DNA of 64,000 nucleotides. Origin: the human T2T-CHM13v2.0 reference genome, Homo sapiens. The notes beneath the pieces are model-generated. The model was not told where the DNA came from. It did no database searches and saw nothing but the letters and a program-made list of their open reading frames with translations. Location of the stretch: NCBI RefSeq assembly GCF_009914755.1, contig NC_060928.1, one strand, 5' to 3'. Position 1 is the first letter of the stretch. Each line of letters starts with the position of its first letter. A program made the position numbers and the translations under genes. This document shows, in pieces, positions 1 through 12,949 of this stretch.

Positions 1-58
1 GAAATGGAAATGCTAGTCATCCCTTTAAGTAGAATATTATTCATTCTTATCTTGGAAG
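1..58 (+). pseudogene. Pseudo-exon, start of AAA1 (partial, window edge)
   Basis: EMEMLVIPLSRILFILILE resembles RLVITPLTDRCYxTL; ends GAAG|gcaaaa (GC or mutated donor) in phase 1, compatible with the exon at 449. Confidence 0.55.
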
Positions 59-448
59 GCAAAAGATTTCCTGCTTTTCATCCCAATGAAGTGAGTAGGG
101 AGAAAATAATTTCTATTCACAAATCCCCAAATGCTTGGGAAGGCCATCCTTTCACTGGTCAGACTTTGGAGTTATCAGAATTATACTTAAATTGATGGAG
201 GGTAGACACTTGCCTCTAATTACTGCCGTGTTACATAACTCTAATATAAGCATAGCATGGGAGTGTAAATCTGACAGTGATTTCAGAAATTTCCCTAGGA
301 AGTGAGGGAAATGATAGGACTTAAAAGCTTCAAAGACAGAAAAGGGAGTAAGGAATTCAGAGAGAGAAGAACTTAAATAAAGCAATGGATGTGGGAGCGT
401 GCAGGGTGTTTGCAGGAACAATGAGAACACGGGTGTGTTCGTTTCTAG

Positions 449-554
449 GTACAGGGCATGTAGCAGTGGTAAAAGAGGTGAAGGCTGAAAAAGAAAGTGA
501 ATTTGTACAACACTTGATTTCTGTCTTGGGCAAATCAACATTCAATGGCCACAC
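449..554 (+). pseudogene. Pseudo-exon, AAA1 P-loop region (degenerate Walker A)
   Basis: tttctag|...CAC|gtgagt; open frame GTGHVAVVKEVKAEKESEFVQHLISVLGKSTFNGHT vs GPAGTGKTETxKDLAKALGK. Confidence 0.7.
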
Positions 555-752
555 GTGAGTGACATTTTAAATCAAATGTTTTCTATAAAAAGATATTGGT
601 TAGTAGATTACTATTAACATTAAAGTTAGAACAGATGAAGACTCATTTAATATATAAATCATAGAAAACTCTTAACTAATATGACCAACTCCTTTTCAAT
701 GCTCAGAGTGCATTGATCCTACTGCTTTGCTCAATTGATTGTTCTCATTTAG

Positions 753-880
753 AAAGTTCATGAAGCACGGACACCAATTCACTTAAATGCATGTGCTGAG
801 TCTTGTCACTTGGGATTTTATTTCTTGAGATTGATGCTCAGAGTATTAGAAAAACTTATTATTGGCTTCTATAATGCAGT
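753..880 (+). pseudogene. Pseudo-exon, AAA1 Walker B region (3' end approximate)
   Basis: ctcatttag acceptor; HLNACAESCHLGFYFLRLMLRVLEKL resembles FxGLAxSGAWGCFDEFNRIxLEVLS; needs a frameshift relative to the upstream exon. Confidence 0.45.
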
Positions 881-1022
881 TTTGTTTTTCAAAATAATAA
901 ATTAGCATTAATTTAGGGTTGTGACAAGCTTAATCTGCTGCAAAAGCCAGGTCATACATTACATTTAAATGATTATTTACCTCATTCCTTCATTGCTGTG
1001 GTTGACATTTGTTTTCATTCAG

Positions 1023-1056
1023 AATATTTGAGTCATTTTCTCAGTCATTGATTATT
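1023..1056 (+). pseudogene. Candidate 34-nt pseudo-exon
   Basis: ttttcattcag|...|gtaagt; open frame IFESFSQSLII. Confidence 0.4.
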
Positions 1057-4055
1057 GTAAGTGATATTGTTTTAAACCCACATTACTATGATTTTAATAC
1101 TATGTGGTTTATTCTATCATGAATTTTAAGTGCTAACCTAAATGGAACTAACCACTCTCATGTATGTCTGATTAGTTTAAATAAACATGTTTACTTAGAA
1201 GAAGATAAGCAAATTCTAAAAATTGTCTCTAGAAGAATCATTTCAAAGCCTCTGTAACACATTTTACTTTGATATTAAATGAAAATACAGGACAGTTTTT
1301 GTCATGTGTGAGATATCACAAATGATATTTATTTCTAGTTTTATGCCTTAGATAATCCACCCAAGTTTAAAAGTTGAGAGTAAAATTATTGTATTGTGGT
1401 GATTTACTGCAAAAAAGGATTTGTGTCACCTTTGGGCATCTCAGATTGATAGAGTCTTGAGCAGAGTTACTGAAAGATCCTGCGCTATTGTAGTGTGACT
1501 TTTATGGACACATTTCAATAATTTTTGAATTATCTAATCAGCTTTCATGAATCAACCAGATTAAGGATTCTTTAACACCTGGCACTTAAAAAGCACAAGG
1601 AAAATCTTTATGTTGGGTGCTAGATTAAAAGAATATTGAAATGGAAATCATTGTCCAGTTTTCTTTACTCATTACTGCTGGCCTCTGAAAACAATAGCTT
1701 CTTCTCAGAAGGAATGTGCCTACGGCACATTGATGGCAATGGTGTCTGCTCCAGAACAAGGTTGAGTTCTGAGAGTGCCTGGCAAGCAGGAGAAGGACTT
1801 CTCTGGATTTCATTCTCTGGGGTAGATGCAGTACTACCCATAATAACCCTGCTCTACGATTATATAGCAGCAATCTGAGTTATGTGCACCTGTTAGAGTT
1901 TTATTGCTGATTATAAAACCACCTTCTAAGGAGGACCAAAACAAGACAACAATCGTCCATGAATGACAAAAGTTTCAGGGCAGCCATAGCCAAAGACACA
2001 ATTGACAAGGAAACTTGTTACCTCCGTGGCACACAATAATTTAATATAAACAATTATAATTATTACTGATAACGGACACTGAACCATATCAGAATTTTAG
2101 TAGTTTCTCATAATTTTGGAACACATACCAATAACATATTTATACAAATACAGCCCAAAGAAAACCAAATGCTATTTCATATTTGACAATGCTTCGTGTA
2201 TAATTTTTATAGAAAATAAGCCAAATATTTCATTTTTGGACTTTAGGGCACCTAATATCTTAAAGGACTAATTAGGTGAGAAAAAGACATAATTTATAAT
2301 TTGATTTTGGAAAGTTTGTCAAATATCAAAGGTTTAAAACACTTGATATCACAAAGTAGGATCACAGGTTACTGTAAAATAAGTTATTCATTTAACCAAA
2401 GTGATAACCCAAGGATTTCAAAAAAAGGTGAAAACCTTCATTATTTGAGAAAGGATACTTAATTTTCCAAACAATAAGCACTAATAAAAACAGCATAAAA
2501 CCAATTAAATTTGTTTTCCAAAATTTTATAAACAATCTATAAAATTGTAATCTTGACCATAAGATATAACTTCCATAAGCCTTTTATAACCTTTATAGCC
2601 TTTATTAAGGAATCAGTTAATGCTTCAAGAAAACCTTGTTAATCTGACACAGGGGCTCATTTGCTGGTTTTGCATCAGTGTGCCTTTGACATTAATGGTT
2701 AATTTATAGAGAAACTTTAACTTATTTTATCTCTCAAAATCAGTCCTTACAGTCTCACATGCCCACAACTCTTCCGTGATAGTCCCTGGGCCTTAAAGAG
2801 TTGAATAGCTTTAATTTCTGGCCTTATGTCTCAGGAATGCAGTTTATTTTTATTGATCTCTTCTACAGAGCCTGAAGATGAGGCTTTAATTCCTGTCAGG
2901 GTTTAAGATTTAGCAGAGCTTAGTGTACTTTTTAGATGCAGGAGTCCAAGCCTTGTAACTTAACGTCACAAGGACTTTAAAAGCACATACAGAAAGATAC
3001 ACACATGTAATAACTTTAATTAAAAATTTTTAATTTTTTTCTAAGGAAACCCAAACTGAATAATAATGGGATAGGAATTATTTTGATAAAACTTAAAAAA
3101 CTGTTAGGCTAGTTACCAAAAGGCAAAAGAAAAGACCTTTGCCGTGCACAGAACATTATGTTGGAAAATAATTTCCTTTAGACCTTTAAGGAAACACTGT
3201 TAGCATCAGGTCACAACAAATAGAACTTGAGGGGAAAAAAAACTTATATAAGCTGAAAATGAGTTAAAGGAGAGTGTTACTATTTTGTGCCTTTTAAAGG
3301 GGAAGAGGAAACCAAACTGCAAGATGCAAATAAAAGGTGAAATTTTGGTTAAAAAATTAATATCTCTTATAATTTATTAAGAGTAAATCAATCCCTTAAG
3401 AAAATTCTATTCTTCTAATCAATTCTTTAGTGTATAAGCGTTTTTTTCTTTACATCAAACGTAATCTCTAGAAAGAACATGATGATTCCCCTTTAATTGT
3501 AGACAGCATGATCAAATAAAAGTGTTTTTGTTTGTTTGTTAGTTTTTAATAACCTCTTATCATGACTTACACAGACCATTCATGACAAGCTTGGACTTGG
3601 ACTTTTTGGTTTGTCCTGAACATCCCTCTTTCTTAAACAACCAGTCATTTTATTCTAGGACTAACTTTACCATACAAGATTTTTTCTTATATAAAATTAT
3701 ATCTCTTGAAGCTTTCTTACAAAAAAAAAACCCCTCTTTATTTCTATTCTTTCATTGCTCTTATTTCCTGGTTCCTTTTCCTTTGTTTTATACCTAATCT
3801 TTAAATAAGCTTTGAATGTTAAAATAGTTGTTCACATTTTTAAAAAGGATACTTTTTTATAAAAGAATGTTTTCCTATATTTTATTGGAAAATACCTAAA
3901 AATGAAATTTCTATTATTTAATTTAATACAACTTTAGATTCTAAATTATGACAAATTTGTCTACAAGTATTATCCCATTACATTTACCTAATTATTTTAT
4001 TTTAATCACTTACCTAGATTATATTGAAAACTGTGATAGTCATTATTTAAAATTC

Positions 4056-4291
4056 TGAAACTCACCATTGCGAAATTCTGAGACAATGAAAAAGATATGA
4101 CCTAACTGACCCGATTTTGCTTCTAACCTCCATTCTGTCCTTGTGCATTCCTGGTGTAGACTGAACTAACTTTGGGAGGAAAATAGTTTATAGTTTAGCT
4201 TTGAAACAAAGATGCTAACAGTCCCTTCCCAAAACAAACCTTACTGCCTGTGCACTAGACTGCCAAAAGCTGCAAGATTAGAAGTTATGGT
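4056..4291 (+). mobile_element. LTR8-like 5' fragment embedded in the MER4 internal region
   Basis: tgaaac...ttgcttctaacctcc...gactgaactaactttgggagg...caagattagaagttatgg matches the LTR8 5' part. Confidence 0.7.
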
Positions 4292-5851
4292 AATCTTACT
4301 GAATTAAAGATGTAGCTATTTTTATTAAACCAATATCAATATCTTATTTATTAAAGATTACACAAGCAAAGATCATTGTGTCTTGGGCTGGGTTTATAGT
4401 TTTGTAACCACTATGCCATTTTGACACCTCATAGTATTTAGCAGGGATAAGTATAAAATTTTTTGATTAATAAATGCAAACAAAAATGTATGCTGACAAT
4501 TCTGAAGACATTTCTAAACTATTATAATTTACCAATTATTTTAAAGCTAGCTTATTTATTAAAGATTTTATTTGTTACATAAACTTGAAAAATAATTTGA
4601 CTAGTCTTTCTTTTTTCCTGATAAAGTATCAGACTCAAACACTTATTTTCTTAAGCCAATTATTTAGAGCTCTTTTATATAGTTTCAGTAGTGAAACATT
4701 GTGTACACAACACATAAATGCATAGCTGTATTAGGCATGCCAATGGAAGTACAACTTATAGTTCATAAAGACTTTTTTTCCTATCTTAGATTTTCAGATT
4801 CTTGATAATGTGTTTCACAAACCTATGCAGTTGTCAGCTAAATATCCTTAAACTTGCATATTAAAGAAAACTCAGGTGAAATTTAAATAGCAATATTTAC
4901 ATCATAAGGTGTAGAGAAACTCTGTTGGTGCTAGACGGAGATTAAAGATGGATGCCAAATCACATAATATTATAGAAATCAGTCATAGGATTGTATAAGG
5001 AGACCAATTTATTTAGATAGGGACTACCTATCTTTTAACTGGACTTCTGAACTCTGGGAAGAGCCCACACTGAATCCTGGATCTTGAATAAGGGAGAATT
5101 AGGATAGACCACATGATGTTTTTACAGTGCACTTAAAACAATATTTTTTTAGACAAAGAGATTTTTAAGTGTCTAATCTACACTCTTCCTTAAAAATGCG
5201 AGAGTAGCCTCTGTGGCATTAACTATTTTAGTCAAGAAATCAGGTGACACAATGCAAAAGCAAGCAGTTTAAGAGCTCAGACAAACTTGTCTGTTTACGC
5301 TTTTGGGATTCTATAAGGAAAAACAGAGTTTCTCCCCAAAAGGGAACTGGTGCCTTCTCTATTTTCTTTAAGGAACTCCAGGCAGTTATAAACTATTTTA
5401 GGTCCATCATGCAGCAGAGGGTGCAAGAGAAAGGAGAGACAGCAGAAGTCAACAAAGAAAACAGAATTCAGTCAACAGAGAAGAAAAATACTTTTGCTTA
5501 AAAAAAAAAGACAAGGTCCTAGGAGAGAGAAAAAATACAACAACATGAAGGCCTTTTACATACAAACACATACACATACACAGACGTTAGCTTTTAATTA
5601 AGCTGACTTTTAACCATTTGAGCTCCTTTTTAAAAAATTATTTTTAAATCTCATTACCATATTTCAGCTAGGACAAATTGTTTCTATTTCAGAAGGAGCA
5701 AGTATCAAATCAGAATGGGCTTGATTTTGGAACCAAACCCAGACTGTTGTGGTAGAAAAAAAGAAGGCAGAACTTTAGCTATTGAACTGCAGCATGGGAG
5801 CGACTGCCATTGCTCTTTCAGTTTGACTTGGCTAGCAAAAAGAGGCCTTGC

Positions 5852-7206
5852 TGAAAGGTGACAACGTGCTGGCGGCCCTCACTCGCTCTCAGCGCTTCCT
5901 TGGCCTCCGCGTCCACTCTGGCCATGCTTGAGGAGCCCTTCAGCGCCACTGCACTGTAGGGGCCCCTCTCTGAGCTGGCCAAGGCAGGAGCCAGCTCCCT
6001 CTGCTTGCAGGGAGGTGTGGAGGGAGAGGCCCAGGCAGGAACCGCGGCTGCACCTGCACTCACGGGCCAGGGCGAGTTCTGGGTGGGTGTGGGATCAGCG
6101 GGCCCTGCACTCAGAGTGGCTGGCTGCCACTGCCGGCCCCGGGCAGTGAGGGGCTTAGCACCTGGGCCAGCAGCTGTGGAGGGGGCACCGGGTCCCCCAG
6201 TACTGCCAGCCGCCCGCGCCACACTCAAATTTTCACTGGGCCTCAGCTGCCTCCTTGCAGGGCAGGGCCTGGGACCTGCAGCCTGCCATGCCCAAGTCCC
6301 CAGTCATGGTGGGCTCCTGCACGGCCCAGGCCTCCCTGAGGGGCGCCACCCCCTGCTCCGTGGTGCCCAGTCCCATTGACCGCCCAGGGGCTGGGGAGTG
6401 TGGGCGTGCAGCGTGGGACTGGTGGGCAGCTCCTCCCACGGCCCTGGCACAGGATCCACTGGGCAAAGCCAGCTGAGGTCCTGAGTCAAGTGGGGACTTG
6501 GAGAACTTTTATGTCTAGCTGCAGGACTCTGTGTCTAGCTTGGGGTTTGTGGATGCACCAATCAGCACTCTGTATCTAGCTAATCTGGTGGGGACTTGGA
6601 GAACTTTTGTCTAGCTAAAGGATTGTAAATGCACCAATCAGCACTCTGTGTCTAGCTCAAGGTTTGTAAATACACCAATCAGCACCCTGTCAAAATGGAC
6701 CAATCAGCTCTCTGTAAAATGGACCAATCAGCAGGCTGTGGGTGGGGCCGGATAAGGGAATAAAAGCAGGCTGCCTAAGCCAGCAGGGGCAACCTGTGTG
6801 GGTCCCCTTCCACACTGTGGAAGGTTTGTTCTTTTGCTCTTCGCAATAAGTCTTGCTGCTGCTGACTCGTTGGGTCCGCACTGCCTTTATGAGCTGTTAA
6901 CGCTCACTGTGAAGGTGTGAGACCATGAACCCACTGGGAGGAATGAACAACTCCAGATGGGAAGAACAAACAACTCCAGACGCACCGCCTTAAGAGCTGT
7001 AACACTCACCACGAAGGTCTGCAGCTTCACTCCTAAAGGCAGTGAGACCACGAACCCACCACAAGGAAGAAACTCCGAACACATCCGAACACCAGAAGGA
7101 AAAAACACCAGAAATACCATCTTTGAGAACTGTAACACTCACTGCAAGGGTCCGTGGCTTCATTCTTGAAGTCAGTGAGACCATGAACCCACCAATTCCG
7201 GACACA
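5852..7206 (+). mobile_element. Solo LTR12 (ERV9 LTR, LTR12C/D/E-like)
   Basis: Starts tgaaaggtgacaacgtgctg and ends ccaattccggacaca; GC-rich U3; repeated caccaatcagcactctg units; perfect 4-bp TSD TTGC (5848-5851, 7207-7210). Confidence 0.95.
6500..6770 (+). promoter_or_regulatory. LTR12 enhancer/promoter repeats: five CCAAT boxes and a GATA site
   Basis: ccaatcagc occurs five times between ~6557 and 6732, followed by gataagggaataaaa; ERV9 LTR CCAAT arrays are established NF-Y sites. Confidence 0.7.
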
Positions 7207-7950
7207 TTGCTAGGTGAATAAAGCCTCTTTCGTAGTAAAAATCAAAATTTTTTCCTTTTGCTGGTCATTTTTCTCCCCAACCACACCACCTTTGTGTGTG
7301 TGTTTGTGAGAATTTAGCCACTTTGGAGGCCTTGTTTCCCATAATTTGGAACTTTCCAACTCAAATAAAGTTGTTCAAATCCAATGGGAAAAAGACCGAG
7401 GAAACAACAAATACAAAAACAACAACAACCAAAAAACAGTTCAGCAAAACAAACGATCACATAACTTTTATGATTACTGAGTACTCTAATGGTAAGGAGA
7501 AATTAAGACCAGCTGGTGGTTAAGCTTTACCCAAGGGAGTTCAGTTACTTACCTAGGGATATGTCTCAGGCTGAAGACCACACTCTACCATCCTAGAAGC
7601 AGGGGGAAAAAAAAAAAATCAAACGTGTCTTTCCTGCTGCGGAAAATGATAGAATGGTAACTTCATAATGGAGTTATTTGCCTTCCATCGTTATGGAAGC
7701 AGGAAATCTTGCCTTTCTCGTTGAAAGTAAGTAAAATTCCAAAAAAGGGGGAGTTGTATGGCAAAATGAACTTTAGACCTCAACCAGATTTTGGGAGATC
7801 AGGGATTCTCTGGAGGGTGTGCTCCCAGACCTCAGCAAATTTTCCTATTTGAGCCATAAAGTTAGCTCATCTGGTACCAAGCACGGAAAGGAAATTATTT
7901 GTCAAAGGTCAGGTGTATCTCCACTCAGAACCCCATTGCAGTTACCAAAA

Positions 7951-8409
7951 GGTGAACCCCAAATATCTGAGAGAGGTCTCAGCTATTTTAGAAAGTTTAT
8001 TTTGCCAAGGTTGAGAGTGCATGCTTGTGACATAGCTTCAGGAAGTCGTGATGACATGTGCCCAAAGTGGTCAGGGCACAGTTTGGTTTTATACATTTTA
8101 GGGGGACATGAGACATTAATCAATATATATAAGATGTACATTGGTTCTGTCCAGAAAGGTGGGAAAAGTTAAGCAGGGAGAGGGCTTCCATGTCACAGGC
8201 CGGTGAGAGACAAATGGTTGCATTCTTTTGGGTTTCTGATTAGCCTCTCCAAAGGAGGCAATCAGATATGCATTTACCTCAGTGAGCAGAGGGATGACTT
8301 AGAATAAAATGGGAGGCAAGTTTGCCCTAAATAGTTCCCAGCTTGACTTTTCCCTTAAGTCTAGTGATTTGGGGGCCCCAAGATTTCCAAGATTTATTTT
8401 CCTTTCACA
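7951..8409 (-). mobile_element. MER4A LTR (5' LTR of the truncated provirus)
   Basis: Reverse complement begins TGTGAAAGGAAAATAAATCTTGG and ends ...CAGATATTTGGGGTTCAC. Confidence 0.92.
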
Positions 8410-8739
8410 TATATTATACCCTGTGAATTATAAGAATTTTCTCTTTTTATTTAGGGCCCTGAGTCTCCACCAAGCTATATCAACAATTAGACGTATAATA
8501 TCAATTGAATACTAGTAAATATTTAATATTAATATATTATTCAATATAGTGTTAATTTTGGAATTCTTATAAATGTATACATCGATACCATTCCATATTA
8601 ATACCAATATACATATTAATATGGCAATTATTAAAATCCAATTACTACACTCTTCACTAACAATATAATACTTGGTATTTGGAGAGCAATCTCCACATTT
8701 TCACCCTGATTGATTATATTTACCTCCATGTCTTTGAAT

Positions 8740-9172
8740 CACACCTTCAGAGTGAAAACTTTAAAATAGATGCTTCTAGATAATACCATTCCTCTGTGCT
8801 TCAGGCTAATCTATCCAATTACCGAAGTGACTTGTCCATTTTAGTACTACGTTACATATACTTCTAAAATTATCATTAGTAAAATTGACCTCCATCCCTT
8901 TCCAAAACTGCTCCACTGCCATAAATGGTACCCTTCTCACTAAATTGTACCAGTTGTTCATTCTAGAAGCTGGAAATCTAGGACCATCCTTGATTCCTCC
9001 TTTCCTGAAGTCCCTTACATCTGATCTTGTCAGTAAATCTACCTCAAGACCACATTTCAAATTCATCTCCTTCTTTCCACACCACTTCCACCACCCTAAT
9101 CTAAGCAAGCATCACCTCACACCTGGACTTCTGTGTCAAACTGCTAACTCATCTCTCTGTTACCACTCTTGC
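8740..9172 (+). mobile_element. L2 LINE fragment
   Basis: Pyrimidine-rich L2 motifs (ggaaatctaggaccatccttgattcctcc, catcacctcacacctggac). Confidence 0.7.
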
Positions 9173-9227
9173 CTAGAAACATGGCAGGGCATAGGAAATG
9201 TTTTATTATTTTATTTTTCCCAAGTAG

Positions 9228-9303
9228 TCTTGTTTGGGCCTAGTTTTTTCACAATCCAGTGATATACAACAATTTCTTGTTGTGTAGTATAGGCATTGTC
9301 AAG
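9228..9303 (+). pseudogene. Pseudo-exon, AAA1 large/small domain junction
   Basis: Polypyrimidine tract + caagtag|...CAAG|gtaaaa; SCLGLVFSQSSDIQQFLVV*YRHCQ, phase 0 to 1; loosely PDxxLIxExxLYSxGF. Confidence 0.5.
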
Positions 9304-9605
9304 GTAAAAGAGAAAAGACAAATTGAACTAACATCTCAAATAGCCAAACAATTTCAAAAAGAGAATTTGCTAGGAAACCACTGACCATAGTAAACCATGC
9401 CCAATGCCAGGTTCCCTATTTGTAAAACCAAGATGTTGGATTAGACCACTTGAAAATCTGCATCATCATTTCAAAAATCATATATTTCAACCTTTTAAAT
9501 ATTCCTCTTGGCTCTTTTCCTCCTATTACTGCTGTATTAATGGCAGAATCATATCGTCATCCCATTATGAATTGAATTCTCATAACTCTGTAATTTTTTC
9601 CTCAG

Positions 9606-9703
9606 ATTTTGATGATTTTTTAAACTCAGTGTCATCTCTTACATCTAATATATAGAATAGATATTGTCTACACAAAATAAAGAACAGAAAAAATGTAACC
9701 TCC
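9606..9703 (+). pseudogene. Pseudo-exon, AAA1 small domain
   Basis: ttttttcctcag|...CTCC|gtaagt; phase 1 to 0; DFDDFLNSVSSLTSNI*NRYCLHKIKNRKNVTS. Confidence 0.6.
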
Positions 9704-10572
9704 GTAAGTTTCCCTACTTTCTCAAAAAAAAAAAAAAACTGCAATTCAAAGAATCTTATAACTAAATAAAACATCTTGACTTTTAAATGAGGCAATTTAA
9801 CTAAATCATTTAAAATAAATCAGCACAATTCAAAATGCATTTTTGTACTGCTGATGTTATAGATTGATATAAGTTCATAAAATGTTATGATGAAAGTTAT
9901 TTAAATCATAAAATGTCACAGATACTTCTCAGATTATGAGAGAATAGTTCATCAACATATAATATGCCAAAACTGTGAGAAATACAATAACCTGATATAA
10001 GGAAATCGCTGATGATTTTTCTGATAATAACACAATGGTACAGTATCAGTGTAATGAATTACTTTACCATTGTCATGGATACTGAATTATTTATATCTAA
10101 TATACTTAGTTACACATAAGTGAAAATGGAAAAGATCCCAAATGGTTGTTGTGTAAATTTTCATTGAAAATTGGTATAAAACTACATTTTCAAGGATGTC
10201 TAAATACTAGAAAAAATTGTATTATTTGTCATGAAACCATAGTATTTTTGAAGTCTCTCTAGGTTTCTAAGTTAGAATTAAATAAGAGCACTATTTTTAG
10301 GTATAATTAAAAATTATCTCTCTCAATGTCTATCTAAATATCAGTATATAAACATACATATATAGCTACTCCAGGTGTACTTTTAAAAATTGTACAGCAA
10401 AATTGTAACAATTATTGTCATTGCTAATTCTTCTGTTCTAAGCCCCAAATTGGCACTAATGGCCTCTACTCCTAAAAGATTCTAGACATACAACTTGAGA
10501 TTTGCAAGACAGTCACATCCCTGATGTCAGTTACTCAATGTGAAATGCCATTTTTTTCCCCCTCATGTTTAG

Positions 10573-10688
10573 GAAAGTGAAAAGAAATACCTTTCAAAAC
10601 ATTCATAGCATAGGTTTTGTCTGTGTCTATTGTGATGTCAAGTTGAAAAGGAAATAATCATGAAAATGCAGGAAATAAAAATTTAAAA
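10573..10688 (+). pseudogene. Pseudo-exon, AAA1 small domain
   Basis: Strong acceptor; ESEKKYLSKHS*HRFCLCLL resembles EQLSxQxHYDFGLRAL; donor apparently mutated (ataagt). Confidence 0.55.
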
Positions 10689-10882
10689 ATAAGTTATCTT
10701 TCTCAGTGTTATTTAAAAATTTTAATCACTTTTTGCGATCACATTAATGAGAGTGAAAATGAGTTTCAATTTTGAAAATTTTTCTAGGTTTCTTTTGCAC
10801 TGACAAATGTGTTTACTGATCTTCATTTGTGTTGATTTCTCATACTTTTTGTGTTTTACTCCAGTATAAAAAAATCATATGT

Positions 10883-11208
<326 letters not shown>

Positions 11209-11324
11209 CTATAGTATGATACAGTAATGATTAGAATTCACATACATATATACATTTTTTTCTTTCCTGATTTATAATTTATTAAAAAGGATTTAAGATT
11301 GTACAAGGAATACATTCAAGAAAA

Positions 11325-11545
11325 TGTGATGTAGTGCTCAAGAACGTGAGCTCTGAGGCAGCATTATTATCTGACTCCACTTTATCTGACTCCATTTCAT
11401 AATAACTGTTTGGCTTTTTACCATTTTTTTATCTTCTCTGTGCCCCAGCTTCCTAATTTGCACATGGGAGATAACACTACCATAGAAAGCATGTAGAAGA
11501 ACTCCAAGCTCTACAAGAGCCCAATAAATGTACCTATTTTGTTAT
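11325..11545 (+). mobile_element. MIR fragment
   Basis: MIR core-like ctctgtgccccagcttcctaatttgcacatgggagataa. Confidence 0.65.
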
Positions 11546-11609
11546 ATAATGTTAAAAATGGATAATCTTAGTAATCCATTTACATTTATATTTGTATTTT
11601 TTGTTTTAG

Positions 11610-11741
11610 GACACACTATAGAATAAAAAAAGAAAGAAACATTAAAAAATAACAGATTCCATAATATACCTCTCTCTGATAATCTGTCTTCATTTGATAG
11701 AAACACAATTTTAAGTATTTGAATAAAAATATTTACCCGAG
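11610..11741 (+). pseudogene. Pseudo-exon, end of AAA1
   Basis: ttttgttttag|132 nt|gtaggt, phase 1 to 1; NLSSFDRNTILSI*IKIFTR resembles KLxxxDxxxFxxLIxDLFP. Confidence 0.65.
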
Positions 11742-11799
11742 GTAGGTAATGTAAAATCTATCTGATATATTTAAGTGATAAGATCATGAATAATTAATA

Positions 11800-12035
11800 T
11801 TTAATAGCTAATATTTTGCTGAGTGTTTTTTAGACGCCAATCGCTTGCCTAAGGATTTCACATATTATCTATGTATATGGCATTATAATTTATTGGAGGT
11901 GCTTTTATCATAATTTTTCAGATGAGAAAACTGAGGCATGGAAAGTTTGGGGAATCTGCTCAAGGTTACTCACATAGTAGGGGACGAATGTCAGTATAAA
12001 AGCTTAGTCACTGTGACTCAAGAACTAACAACCTT
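11800..12035 (-). mobile_element. MIR fragment
   Basis: ttttcagatgagaaaactgaggc...ctgctcaaggttac. Confidence 0.75.
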
Positions 12036-12442
12036 CGCTCCTCTAATGTGCCATCTCCCAGTAACAGTGACTAATACAGTTGTGAGGGTATCACCCTCTG
12101 TTTAATACTAAAGATTTAAGGAAAAGTTATCCCATATCAAAATATTTGTATCTTGAGAAGATATTTGAGAAGACCATCACAAAGCTGTGGATTCTTAACG
12201 GTTAGACTCTAAAGCAATGAGGTGAATTGCTTTTTAGAGATTTTAAAGTAATGAGATTAATATTTTTTTAAAAAGATAGATAACCTAAACATGTAAATGC
12301 ATGTTATAGTTTTAAAAACTAAGAAATAATAATATTTTTCAAGTAATTCTGCCATATTTGAAAACATTTTGGGAAACTGGTATTTGAGATTGCATCAGAG
12401 ATACTTTCTGAGCAAATAATGAACATGGGTCACAATATTTTC

Positions 12443-12737
<295 letters not shown>

Positions 12738-12949
12738 TAGAATAGTATTACACACTTTGTTCTCTGTGATTACACATCAGACTTAAATCTGAGTGACATC
12801 TTTTATCTTTTCACACACACCCACATACACACACATACATGCATGTGCAACAAAATTGCCTGCAAATGACCTGGATTTGACATCAAGGTTATTTAAATGT
12901 GGGATGACAATGGTTCCAGACAAGAAGTATTAGAAACATTTTTCCTTAT

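Larger units (their letters stand above)
1895..7950 (-). mobile_element. MER4-type ERV1 internal sequence, truncated (no 3' LTR seen), interrupted by LTR12
   Basis: Directly follows the MER4A LTR on the minus strand, starting ttttggtaac...; characteristic AT-rich noncoding internal sequence; left boundary approximate. Confidence 0.75.

Noticed and set aside
6500-6740. Regularly spaced repeats resembling a CRISPR array
   Set aside because: Known ERV9 LTR enhancer repeats; spacers are not unique and the DNA is eukaryotic.
5818-7205. Cluster of 60-136 aa ORFs on both strands
   Set aside because: All lie within the GC-rich LTR12; stop-poor by composition, no protein family signal.
9606-9635. 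DFDDFLN as an EF-hand motif
   Set aside because: No preceding DxDxDG loop; the context fits the dynein AAA1 series better.
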